Shown here in pieces: positions 1 through 12,885 of a stretch of 64,000 nucleotides of DNA. Positions within the stretch are counted from its first letter, which is position 1. The number at the start of each line of letters is the position of its first letter. The stretch covers positions 2,446,462 to 2,510,461 of the forward strand of contig NW_002060943.1 of assembly GCF_000150275.1 (NCBI RefSeq), in the 5' to 3' direction. This stretch comes from Trichoplax adhaerens. Taxonomy: Eukaryota > Animalia > Placozoa. The notes below the pieces were generated by a model. It saw nothing but the letters and a program-made list of their open reading frames with translations. It ran no database searches and was not told where the DNA came from. The position numbers and the translations under genes are program-made.

Positions 1-618
1 AATAAATTGTAAAATTAATAATATACATATTCTAGAATACTGTTAACAGATATTATATAATAGAAGCTAATTATATGAAGTTTAGGAATTAAATTATTTA
101 GAACTATCTAATAGCATTATACCATTGAGAAATTTTGATAAAATTTTTCATAACACGTCTATCACCAATATGGTAAAAATAAATGTGACTGAATTTTAAG
201 TATTAAATCTTAGATATTTTAGAAAGACTGTTTAGCTAGTAAATCACTGTGACCTCATCACGATATGTAATGCATTTTTAATTGATATGGAGCTTTCTGT
301 CATTATTACAAAATTCTACTTCAACTAACTTCTAATCGGCCTAGATCTAGCATAGTCTAGCTAGAACTATGGTTAAATTTTGGTGCAATATTCACTTACT
401 AGAACAAATTTTAAATAATTTTAAAAGTACAATCAGCCTTGAAAATAGCCAAAATATACATTTTGTAGATATATAACATATGTACAGTATACGTAGGCTA
501 TATTTAGGATGTAACTATTTGGCTATAGGAAAATTTGACCTTTCATTTTGATACAATTATAAAATTGTTATAAGTGATTAATTATGCAAGCTGGACTAAT
601 GTCTTTATGCTTAAACAG

Positions 619-2668
619 TTGGACGTTCAATGCAAAGTTTTGCAACAATTTACTTTTCTGCGGCTGCACTTTTCCTTAGTTTAATTTTGGCCTTACTGTA
701 TTTTACGAGAAAGATGGTATGTGACTTAGAAGAAAGTCTAGTGATTGAATAAATCGAAGTAGAATGCTATAAATTTCTACCGTGTCGTTTTTCAATGATT
801 ATAGTATTTTTATGATTGCAGGAGTTTGTTCAATATCATTTGCAATATTTAGAGTTTGGTAAGATTTTAGTAGAAATGCTATTTGTCGGCTAATTTTGTT
901 AGTGTAACTGGTAATAATAACACAAATAATTTTCATTTTAGTTAGAAGCGTAAATTATGTTCATATAAATCGACTACCTATCTGAACCCAATGTAGGACA
1001 GAAAAATGCTAAACGTTTCTATCAATACGAGGAAGAATATGATAGCGATGATGATATAAACAGCAATCCTCAATGTGCTAAGACGCATCAGAAATTTAGT
1101 TATGTTTGGTATCTTCTAAAAAAGGTAAGAAAACTGCTCTATATTGTGAATAAATTTCTAGAAGTCATTGTGTCTATATCCTATAGAAACCGACATTGTA
1201 CGATAATATTATGAAGTAATCGATGACTTCAATGATAGATATGGTTATTGGCCTTGAGTCTCTTGCTATGTACAATGGTCACTTTTGCTATCTATCCTCC
1301 TATCATGGCTCGTGTTAGACCGATGCAAAGTTATCCTCAAGATCCATTTTTTAGTAAATTTATAAACGTGCATAATTTTATTTCGGCATTATATATATTC
1401 AATTCAATATTATCATCAAATCAGCATTAGGAATTTTTATGAAATAGTACTACCAAGTACACTAAAAAATAAAATGATTTCAGTTTGTAATGTAGTATAC
1501 ATATAAAATATTGGTTTAATTAATTGTAGTTTCTGTTAGGAATAGCACCCGGTACTTTAAAAAGGAAGACTACTTAAAATAGTCTATGTATCCTAGTTCT
1601 ATGGACAGCAATATAAAAGATATCATAGACTTTTATGCAGTATTTATTTCGTTAGCCATCCTTGAATGCTCAATTTATAACAAAGTCATTTAGTTTGACC
1701 TAGCTTATATAAGGATAATCAATTATTTCACAGATCTAATTTATTTTGCTAATATACGCGTATTACACAGTAGTAATAAGTTGATTTGATCAAAATCTGA
1801 CGAGAATTAGATAAATCTAGATTTAAATTCTACATCGAATTTAATCGTAGTGAAGCATTACCACCACCTTTAATAATGATGCCCACGAATATTTTATACA
1901 GTGTCTATCTATATTTGTAACCATAAAACAAGAAGTATGAATTTAAACATTTATAGTTTATTTATTTCTTAGTCGTTATAGCGCCACGTGGAGGCGATTA
2001 CTTCTAATTAATTTGCTTCGCTAATGATTTCGGCAAAGGTTTTAAATAAATTTAAATTTATTACTTTGAATTTTAGGAAAACTATTCGTCCTGTTTGCTT
2101 ATCTACTATGCGCATTAGGCGATTTCGTCGGAGCGGCAGTTGCGCTATGGATATTATTGGTACTATCAATCTATGTTGTATTTTTATAATTAAAAAACTT
2201 GAAAATTAAAGCAATTTATTGCTATATATGATGCTATATTGTAGCCTAGACCTGATCAAGATAAAGTTCTGTTGCTTCTGAATGTACTAAGGATGGTATT
2301 TCTTCCAGTCTTTTTATTATGTAATGGTCACCCGCGACAGTACTTACCCGTATTGATCAACAATGATGCACCATATATGATTTTAGCGACAGTGTTAGGC
2401 TTATCTAATGGCTATTTTAGAACATTAGCGACGATATATGCCCCAAAGTATGTTAAATAACTAGGATGGATAGCTAATTCATACTGAAGAATTGATCAAA
2501 TTCTACGTGATATTATTCTCTTAATTAAATATACGTTTTTTTAAATGTACTTTCAGGAAAGTATGTCCTCGATATCGAGAATCTGTGGGTGCAATTATGT
2601 TCTTTTTTAATGTAGCAGGCGTAGGAGCTGCATCTTTAGTCGCTTTCTTATCCTGCAGTATTATGTAA
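619..2668 (+). CDS. Equilibrative nucleoside transporter (SLC29A/ENT family), 3' exons only; 5' part lies upstream of the window
   Basis: GT-AG exons join in frame: 619-716, 822-858, 997-1124, 1239-1353, 2077-2159, 2245-2447, 2557-2668 (TAA). Translation shows ENT-type segments: IWLLALSLLLCTMVTFAIYPPI, YLLCALGDFVG, LRMVFLPVFLLCN..PR..LPV, LGLSNGY....IYAPKKVCPRYRESVGAIMFFF. Confidence 0.9.
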
Positions 2669-3179
2669 CACTGTTAATATGTTTATTGTAGTGAAGATAA
2701 AACATATGTGTGAGGTATGTATTGTATTTATTTCGATTCTTTTTTCAGAAAGGATTTATTAAAATTTAATCTTTCATCAGATTAAATATTCAGATTAATA
2801 TTGAGCACGAGTATGTTATTAAGAATGCTAACGAATACTTGTATAAGCGTATGTGATGTGCAGTAATACTGGCTAGCTGCCTAAAGCAGATCATGTTGAT
2901 CAATAAAGATATTTCACTATGAGAAAATTTCTGGCTTAGAACTTGTTCTCGATGTTTCAAATGGTTGAGTCCCGTTGGTTGGTCAATAAGGCATAAATTT
3001 TCCATGGTTTGCCTGCCGTCTTATATCTACTAAAATTCGTCAAAATCACCTACTAATAGCTTTAAATATAAGCGTAGACTCCTGAGTAGAATTAAGCTTG
3101 GATTATTTTCTATTTGCTGCTGTTATTCTCGACATCTTTACCTAGACTGCCCTGTATAGTAATTCCATCCTAGTGATAT

Positions 3180-4140
3180 CTAGTACCGAAGCAATTGAAT
3201 ATATGAGTATCGTATGATTAATTAGTTTCGATAAAGCTTATGTTACCAGATATATCAACTTTGAATTGCATAGAATTGATATTACGATAGTTTGCCCCTG
3301 TGGATGGAATTGAGTGCCCGTTAGCTGGTCGAATTTGCTCATACAAACAGCATCGAATGCGATAGGCATATTTTCTGACTTGGTTATTGAAGTAAGTATA
3401 CGCATAAATAGATCATTATGCAGTGTAATAAGAATCTAGCTATTTCGATATAATATGTATTAGCTTTGGATAGTATAGATATGATAGTTTGCTTTATTGG
3501 GAAGAATTGAGTATTCGATGTCTTGTTAAAATTGCTTCAAAAATCATGAAATGCTATAGCTACATTTACTAACTTGTTAAGCTAGCTAAAGTAAGTGAGT
3601 GTCTATATCGATAGACTAATATGCAGTATAGTAAGGTCTAGCTATTTCTTCACAGTATATATTATCTTTGAATAAGATAGAATTGATCCTATAAAGGTTT
3701 GCTTAATTAAGTAGAATTGAGTACTTTCGAGTCAATTTTGAGTAGGAGTTGTCTTGTTGAAATTACTAAACAAAACAACAAGTATCAAAACACCCTCGAA
3801 TATGATAGTCATATTTTCTATTTTACGAAGCTAACTGAAGTACAGAAAATATGCTGTTTAAGTAGATAAATTGATATGCAGTTTCGATAAGATCTAGCTA
3901 TTCCAAGCAAAGTATGTATAAACTTTAAATAAGATAGGATTGATCTAACGATAGTTTGCTTAGTTGGGTGGAATTGAGTACTCGTTGTCTAGTTGAAATT
4001 GCTTCTAACTTGCAAAGTTAATTGAAGTAAGCCACTATACGTGTAGATAAATTGATATACGGTATGGTAAGAGGCTAGTTATTTTGCCACAGTATGTGTT
4101 CGCTTTAAAGAAGATAGAATTGATTCTGCGATAATTTGCA
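3180..4140. repeat. Degenerate tandem repeat, about 5 copies of a ~180-260 bp unit
   Basis: Recurrent block ATAGAATTGAT..ACGATAGTTTGC..GAATTGAGT..GTCTTGTTGAAATTGC near 3270, 3477, 3677, 3934 and 4114. It is interleaved with GAAGTAAG..TAGATAAATTGATATGCAGT..TCTAGCTATT. Confidence 0.75.
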
Positions 4141-4424
4141 TTCTCATATCTGGCTTACAACGAAAAAAGAGTAAACTTGCAATTTCTAAATATAAAATGT
4201 CTTGTTTTGAAACTTTTATAGTAGTTACTCTAGTATATCGGTGATAATGCAATCAATTATTTCTAGGAGTCCCTTGAATTTAGTTTCAAGATTTTTTACT
4301 CTCAATTTTGCAAGAATGTCAAAGTAGGCCAAATTCTATCTGACATGATCATAGTCATCTTGAAAGCAATGATAGACAATATCGACTCACTGCGATGGCT
4401 TGATATCTGTATTTGTAAACAAGA

Positions 4425-5530
4425 TAAGAACTGACTGCAGATGGTTTTCTTCTATAACACACCCATACGAAAACTTTTTGTCACGGTACGAACTACCGTG
4501 AAGAAATAGATATCTAAATTTGGTTAATATAATATAGTGATATTATATTACAACTAGTTACTTACAATAGGAATTACTCTAATTATAAATGTGTTTCAGT
4601 AAATTTAATACTGTGCTATAATGTGCACTGAAATGATTCTGTGAATGGACATATTGTAGTCCGACTGTGAAAAATTAGTTAGGTAGATGGTCTCACCTAA
4701 GTATTTTTATAAGATAACTCGTGAATGTTAGCTGCTGTAGAAGGGTATATAAGCCCGACAGATAGTTGAATAAAGTAGTTCTCAATTGTATAGTTGTTTT
4801 AACGTAGAATCAAAGGCGTCTAAATTCTTGTAAGGTAGTTAAGGGATACTGAATCCCGGAAATTATAGTAATTTAGAGATTTGTTTTACGTTATCCTTGT
4901 CACGAAGCTGGTTTGTAACACTTATTCAGTTGCCTTTTTTATCCTAGGCTTTCTTTCTAGAATTATCTCGTTCGTATATGTAAATTTGATTTCTGTAATG
5001 TTGGTCATATTTATATGACAATCTTCCACTATGAATTTTATAAGTTGCTCTTGATAATGGCATGATGAAAATATTACTATACTTACTTTATAGTTACTCT
5101 CAATATTACGTATTTTTAAGCAAGATTAAAACTAACTGTAGATAGCTTTCTTCTATAGCAGCACACCTGCACGAATGCTTGCCCACTTGTCATTTTAATC
5201 ATATACTTTCATTTTGGAAATATCTTGTCTCGATATGTACATTTAATTTCCATGATGTTGATTGTCTTATAATATTTACCTTATAGTAATTCCCAAGTAT
5301 TAGTAAACAAGTCAATAACTAACTGTAGATGATTTTCTTCTATAGCATCGAACCTTTACGAAAGCTTGTTCAGTTTTCATTTTTATTCTATGTTCATACT
5401 GTATGCGTAGAATTATCTTCTCTCTATATACATTTGATTTCCGTAATATTGGCTATATTTATATAATATTGATCCACAATGAATTTTGTAGGTTGTTCTT
5501 GCTAGTGGCATGATGAAAATATTACGAAAT
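4425..5530. repeat. Degenerate local duplications
   Basis: AACT(A/G)ACTG(T/C)AGAT..TTTCTTCTATA(G/A)CA occurs at ~4430, ~5131 and ~5316. 4961-5077 aligns by eye with 5411-5526; both end TGGCATGATGAAAATATTAC. Confidence 0.7.
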
Positions 5531-8500
5531 ATAGATGATGACAATGAAGACAATCAAGACCTACGACAAAAAATCAGTGTTGCTTTCTCTTACACTATTG
5601 ATGAAGCAAACTCTGAACAAGTTAGGTCTGCTACAATTTATAGATTACATGTAAAAAGTTGCAACAAAAGCGATATTATGCAACTGGATGAAATTCAATA
5701 GAATAAGTAACCATCAAGAAAATCTGGCAATATCATGATCTAAATTTATGCTATATAGATTTAGTTCATCTTAAACTGTTCACGGCAAATGGTTATGAAC
5801 GAGAAAAAATTTATTTGTCAAATGAAACTGTCTGGAATCCACTAAAGTTGACTATCATTTTCTATCAATCGAATTATATAGACACCCCTTGGTATGGAAT
5901 TAAATTTTTGATATACCTGTAAGTGGCACTTGTGTATGGCTATTTACTTACACATGATGAGACCAAATAATTTTGTGATTATCTTTTAGTTATTGCATGT
6001 GTCACTTTATAGAAAATTTTAAATTATTTACACGTGCAAATTCTGATGTTACTGAGTATCTACTGAATAGGAAGATGGCTTCGACATTGTAAGTGAATGA
6101 ATAGCGTATTGTAGTTAATATCGCAATACATCCTTTCACGAAGGTATTAATAGGTGCAATATCTTACAAGGTGCCGTTTAAAGAAATTATTTTCTTAGCC
6201 AGTATCTAAACTTGTCAACAGTAATTTTATTTCGGATACAACTTATAAAGTAGCTATGTTAATAAATGTACCCTATATAAGCATCTCTCGATAACGATCG
6301 ACAGTAGCTACGCTCTTATTCCCGTAATTAATGTCGTAAGTATTCTGAAGCTTAATCTATTTTCGATCTGTAATTTATAAGTTGAGAACATTTCATTAGC
6401 GATCGATTTTCTTGCTAAAAATTACTATTAAATGCTATTCATTGTCTGCTGATCTGTAAGCTAGAATTTTTTGACGATACAATAATTTTCAGTCCTACTC
6501 ATATATTATTAGTAGCATTTGAAAAATATTTTAAATATTTTTATAGTACTTATCTAGTAAAAGATTAAGATTAATTTAAAAAGCTATTTTGGTGTTTTTA
6601 CTGGTTCGAAATAGTTGTTTTTATCTGTATTTTCTTTACTATTTGAAACTTATGAGACAGTCTTCGGTAGCAAAAAGAATAAGAAAGAATCAGTGTAAGA
6701 CAAATTAGTAAAAGTGCTGCTTCAAGAATTAAAATATGAAAATTTTAAGGAATGAATAATTTTACTATTAATAAAGGCGAATCTAAAAATCTCAGTCGTC
6801 AAATTTGATGTTAAGTCAATATTTGGATCAACTAAAGTGCGGTGTATTCTTACACTTAGGCTCTTGATTAAATTTAGCATAAATAATTTTGCGATGTAAG
6901 CAGAGGTAAGAGATTCTGTAGTTAAAACCTAAATGCGATTAGGTCTAAAGTAATGACGAACGGATTGTAGCATAGGGCCTCGTATGAGAATAGAACAGCA
7001 GGCTTTAACTTGTAAGTTTTGTTTCTATCAGTCAATATGCGGCAGCAAAGGCAGGCTTTGTACATCTTATCAAGCTAATAGAACGCAATATTCGATTTTA
7101 TTTTAATATTCCTTTATCAAATATTACACTGCAACTATGCGGATATGCCTTTATTCAATAACAACAATTTAAAGTTTAAAACATCCATTATCGCTATGTA
7201 GACCATAGCTGAAATAGATTATGATACTACAATACAGAAGCTTGTTTAGAGGATGCACTATCGTACATATATCATAGCTGTAAGATTTTAAGTTAATAAA
7301 AAATTGATACTATCCTTCTAAGTTGACGATTTCCCTAATTGTCAAATGCAAATTAAGACACCCACGTTACACCGAGAACTATAACTTACAAAATTATAAA
7401 TTACAGGAGATAATGTAAGGATCAAAGCTATCCATAATGTAAAATTACTTCATAAGTCTACTTAGATGCTATTTAGAAAGATGATTTGACCAAACTATCA
7501 TATAATAATCTAAAATTGGTCATGATATTTGTGTTTTGCTAGCTAGCAAACTCTATTCCTGATGATCGATTATTGGAATAAATTATACTATACTATTTAG
7601 ACGGTCGATATATGAAGTTAAGCAAGATAGAGAGGAATCTGACTAACGGAAGTATGATGAGAGTTGCATGATAAAATTGTGAACAAATGTGATCTGAAAA
7701 TAAAAATATCTATTAAGGTTAGGTAATATAGCTTATCCAACTTACTGATCATCAATTTAAGGGATAGTAGTATGATTTATAGTAAACTATTTATAGTGTA
7801 AAACTAAATAAAAATCGTTCCAATGGTCAGTTGTTAAGAATAATTTAAGAGGTCTAAACTATTGCTATTATAAAATCAATTAAGATATTGACTGATGTCT
7901 GTATAAGCAAGCTCACAGATGGTCGATAATTGGAATTATTCATACGTTCAGTTATTAACAAGATATTTGCTATGACAATTGTATATGTAATTAATGATGG
8001 CTGATATTTGTTGATTTATTCTTCACAATCGACATTTTTAAAATGGATATAAGTAGTTATGTTATACGGAGCTTTCGTGGCTGAAAGCAGAATTGTATTC
8101 ATGAATTTGCTTACTTTTATGAAAATAACTTAATGTATTTAGTATTTAATTCATGATTATGTTATCACAGCTGTATTTAGAAAAGTAGCCAGAGTAGTAA
8201 ATTCATTAAAAAACGAAATACTTCCTTACAGATGATTATGGTATATACTGATACTGGATCGCAGACATGTAAAATAGACTCTTACATCTTGCACAAATTA
8301 TAAAGATAAATTTATCATTTATATGTCTCAAGTATAGCTTGCCATGGTCTTATATTACTGCTAAATTAGGATTATTAGTAACCTGAATCAATACTTGTAA
8401 TTGATTATGTTCCAGTAATAACTCAGGAAAACCGGAAAATAAATAACGATCGTTCAACTTTTAATTTTGATTTACTCTTTCATAGTTTGATATTGAAAAT

Positions 8501-10779
8501 GTTTTTTCTAATTATTGGATAGTGATATTATAATTTAATTAAATGTATAGGAAGCAAATTTAACTACACACGTTGTTTACGTCTCCGACTTAAGTTTATT
8601 AACGTCAATGCAATTGATCCTTTCAATTCTACAATGTCCATACGTTAATTCTCCAATCACCGGTCATATTCTATTTAATAGCATAATTGGATTCTATCAT
8701 TTACAGAGTCGAGTAATTATCATATTTGATGTTTCTGTTCATTTTGCATCATTTGATCTGTCGTTTCTATTCTATTTACTAAGCTCAATATACTTATGTA
8801 TACAACAATATAGTTTTAATTTCAGGCGTAGTAAGATAATATTCTAATAAATCTGATCATCACAAACAAAAGAAATATTTTCATAATGTGGAAAATAATT
8901 TATTGAAGTTCGTTACTGAGACGAAGTTAATTAAGATAGACAATAAAATAACTATCAAACAGTATCATTGGATAAAGATTTGTTGAGATAAAACTACAAT
9001 AGTTTTAATCACTACCGATAATATAGTTGACTGCGATTTGAATGTGCACGATAGAATTTGAGATTTCTTTTATTTTTATTTTATTTCTGCTGCTTTTATT
9101 CACTTATTAAGTAGAAATAAGAACTAGAGTGTAATGATGTATAGCTTTTTTCTAAATTTATCTATAATGAAATGAAACACTTTATTTTATAACGCTTGAC
9201 CTACAGCTATTTTAATTATCCAGACTAATTGATAGCTGTAAATTATTAATTGGCAAACTCTTCTATTTGATAAGTCACATACTCTACTTGTAGGAAAAAT
9301 TTTACAGTCAAGTAAAGAATTCCAAGAAATGGAATCTATTTGTTCGTATTGATGTTTCTTCAGACGGAATAATCTAATAACCATAATTTTGATATACAAC
9401 TAATTTAGTATTATAATCATTATCGCACGAATATCCAATGTGCTATTAACATGCTTGCTTGTTAATTTTGCCTATTGCATCCATGGTTATAGGAACTTCG
9501 AAATAAAATGGCATTTTTATGATGGTTGCGAGTTTCAGTAACATTGTTTTGCCCATTCTTTATACACTTACGTAAGATATTCTATTCGCAAATTGAAAAT
9601 ATTATTTTCCGTGTTTTAAAAATGACATAAGTATGTGCTGTTTTATTTTTTGCAGTCATTACAAAATTAATTTGGATGTTAAAGTCAATTTTCAATTTTT
9701 GCAATGATATAAGTACAGCTTAGAGTGTAGTATTTATTTCAATTGTAATTGTATATTGCATTCTAATTTTAATTTTTTATTACAGTAGATCAAAGTAAAT
9801 GTTGTTGTTTCTATTTCATCCGCAGTATATAAATAATAACTTCAGATGTAAATGCTTCTTTGTTACGATTGGTATGAGGAAATATCGTTCGTTGCTATTT
9901 TATTAATTTCCTCTTTAATTTTGCAAAACATTAAAGATTTAACAGTATATTGAAATCTTTATGGTTTGTATTCGCTGGAAATATTTGATCAGATTTTCTT
10001 CTAATAAATTTCTAATTTTTGTTATTTGTAACAAAATTTTAATTTTTATAGATAACATACGAGTGAATGCTGTTCATTACATATGTAATAGTATTCCATA
10101 TTTAGTATGCATCATGTATCAGAGAAATAAGATGTCAAATTTCTAAATAGATACAACTAAATTTTGATATCGAATCAATCTTTTCTTTAACTATTTTATC
10201 CGATGCATAAATTTTAGACTGGAAGCCTCCAATTTCACGCTTAATATATGCTATTACTATTTTATTGCTTCGTTCTACCATTGCAGTAGAAGTATAATAG
10301 TGATCAAGATATAAAAAAGTTAGATTACTATTATCAATTAATGTACAATGGTGTTGACGACTATTAAGATTTAATATGAAATATTGATTAATCCTAAATG
10401 AAATTAGTTGATGGGATTGTGATTATAAATGAAGATATAATATTAGTTGTAGAAAGCTCTTGAGCAATAGATAGTAATCTTTAGAAGAAAATCCGAAAAC
10501 TTTTAGCCCAAAAGATATTTTTAATAATTAATTTCGTTTGCAATATCAATATGGCCTCGTGATAAAACCAATATTGACGTTATTTTAGTAGAATTTTTGA
10601 TTACAAATTGACATTAATTTCGATCGTTATTGTTGCCCTTCATATACTTCATATTTATTTGATAGTCCTCGTAAATAGATTAGTAGAATCTGCTGTATCA
10701 CATGTAGTAATCAAAAAATACTTCCTTCATCCACTTGCATCGCATGAATATAATGTTATTTAATGCAATTTTAGGATAA

Positions 10780-11010
10780 AGTACTAACTACGCTGTATAT
10801 AAGGATTTAAAGATTGGTTATTTCCTATTAAATATTTACTATCTTTACAAATGGTAGAATTCATATCAATAGTGTACCAGAAAGAAGATAAAGATAATAA
10901 ACTAGAACAATGCCTGCAACGATATATTAGCATGAAATTTGAAATGTTGCTGCATGTTATAGCAACAAGGGTCGTAGATACTATTTGTGTTGCACCTTCA
11001 TAAATTTTTG
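10780..11010 (-). pseudogene. Possible eroded GPCR TM6-TM7 remnant
   Basis: A minus-strand frame reads ...TQIVSTTLVAITCSNISNFMLIY...KYLIGNNQSLNPYI. A 2-nt shift would give NPYIYSVVS (NPxxY-like). It lies ~0.9 kb downstream of an intact GPCR on the same strand. Weak evidence. Confidence 0.2.
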
Positions 11011-11901
11011 TCTTATTTTATGGCATTAATATAAATTAGGGTGATTTTAGTAGATAACATGATGTGTCTAGGCATCAGATGATGGTTTGCTAAGACGAAA
11101 AGTGAATGCACTGTGAATTACATTTCGTAGTGGGAAGTATGCATTTGATTAAACCATGAATACATTGCCCTCCTAATACATGAGTATTCTCTATAGAAAT
11201 GTCCACTTATTTTTTATCCTTAGTGTAAAAATTATCATAGTACCTAATCATTTTCCATAATGAATTATAACAAAATGGCCCAATCGATCTCCTCATGAAT
11301 TATTATCACCAATATTTTTTCTCGCTAATACTATTAAAATACCATTGCTACTGCTCATATAGCCTAGAACTATAGGTTAGATTACCATTAATGGTTTATT
11401 GCAGGAAAGAAATAGTATCAAATTCCTACACATTGCAATCCAATAGTTTGAAAGTCATAAAATAAGATTATTAAAATGTTTAAGATTAAAATTTCGACTT
11501 ATAGTTTGTTATATTTATTGCAAGCAGATCTGCAATTTTAGAATTCATATTTATTTCTTTATCGTTTTTAATATGATTTCATTTCTGTATGTTTCGATAA
11601 CAAACAATGCTATCAGATCCTTTTAACGAGATAATATTGAACCGGTCAGCGTTTTTCAACTAACTTCACTTAAATTAACTAGGGTTCCATAAGATTTAAT
11701 GTGCATTTAAGTGTAGGTATGTTTATTCGTCCATATACATTAATATCAACATTAGGTCTGTTATAAATATAATTTATCGTTATGAAGGCTATCTATCATT
11801 CCAGAAAGATTATGACGTATCAACAATAAACATTATATAGTGAATCTAATGTAATGCCAGATTAAGTGTACAGAGGAATGGATTGATCGAAATTTTGTCG
11901 T

Positions 11902-12885
11902 TTATGGTGCATGAACACAGCAACAATTAGTTGAGAGAGCATTTTTACTTCGAACATGATAGTAACCGTATAATATTGGATTATAAGCTATAGCTGAGGT
12001 ATAAATTATAGTTACGATTTGAATTACTAACGATACATTAGGTATAGCCAACAGGCGAAATTCGACGATAATAAAAACAACAAAATAGGGAACATTGTTA
12101 ACTAGAAAGACTATGCAACATGCGATTAAAATTTTAATCACTTTTCTTTTCCTCAATAAACGTTCTCTTGCATTCTTAGTCATGAATGATGGCCTTTGGC
12201 TATTCTCAGGGCTGATCCATAATCGATAGATAACAAGGCTATAGAGGGATACTAAGAGAATAATGGGTATAATAAAGGAAATGGAAATATGCATAGTCCA
12301 AAAAGTTATTCGTGTTAGTTCAATCTGCCTAATTGGATAACCGGTAGCATTTCTAATAGTAATATCGGTTGTATTATTTTCAGGATAAAATGGCAGGCAA
12401 CTTATAACACCATTAGCATTGTAGAGGATAGTATAACGAGCATATTGAATATAGACAACGAAAGAAATAAGCCAGCTAATTGGAATAAAGAGATAAGCCT
12501 TCTTGCAGGTCATTTTTAAATATGGTTTCATGGGATAAACGATAACAAGGCAACGATCGGCGCAAATTGTCACTAATGTCAAAGCAATACAAAAAATAGA
12601 AGCTACGGGTGTTATGGATCGAAAACGGCACATATCCACGGATTTCGGAAATGCAAATCCCGACTTGGGATTGAATAATTCATAAATTTTAAAAGGCATC
12701 AAAAATGCAGCGATAATCAATCCAGCTAATGATAAATTACTAACTAAGACGTTAACGGGAGTTCGGTAGCTTTTTTTAATCATGACAATCATGATAAAGA
12801 GAAGATTAAAAGGTATAGAAATTGCCATCATACCAATATATAGGATAGCGATAATGGTGCGCGCTGCTGTAGCCGTTGATTCCAT
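11902..12885 (-). CDS. Class A (rhodopsin-like) GPCR with an intronless CDS, peptide-receptor-like, 327 aa
   Basis: Seven hydrophobic segments. TM1 N, TM2 NLSLA, TM3 C...DRC (DRY variant), TM4 W, TM5 FIIP..LY, TM6 KVIKILIACCIVFLVNNVPY, TM7 YNPILY, and C-terminal CCC (possible palmitoylation). Probable 5'-UTR intron with acceptor at ~12908 and GTAAGT donor at ~12995. Confidence 0.92.
   Translation of the reverse strand: MESTATAARTIIAILYIGMMAISIPFNLLFIMIVMIKKSYRTPVNVLVSNLSLAGLIIAAFLMPFKIYELFNPKSGFAFPKSVDMCRFRSITPVASIFCIALTLVTICADRCLVIVYPMKPYLKMTCKKAYLFIPISWLISFVVYIQYARYTILYNANGVISCLPFYPENNTTDITIRNATGYPIRQIELTRITFWTMHISISFIIPIILLVSLYSLVIYRLWISPENSQRPSFMTKNARERLLRKRKVIKILIACCIVFLVNNVPYFVVFIIVEFRLLAIPNVSLVIQIVTIIYTSAIAYNPILYGYYHVRSKNALSTNCCCVHAP

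Noticed and set aside
941-996. Apparent in-frame stops suggesting the ENT gene is a pseudogene
   Set aside because: Using the AG acceptor at 996 restores phase and an open frame.
1980-2000. GC-rich GCGCCACGTGGAGGCG (E-box / CTCF-like) in an ENT intron
   Set aside because: Single occurrence with no supporting context; cannot be distinguished from chance.
5510-5701. 63-aa acidic ORF
   Set aside because: Begins inside a duplicated repeat block, with no motif or splice support.
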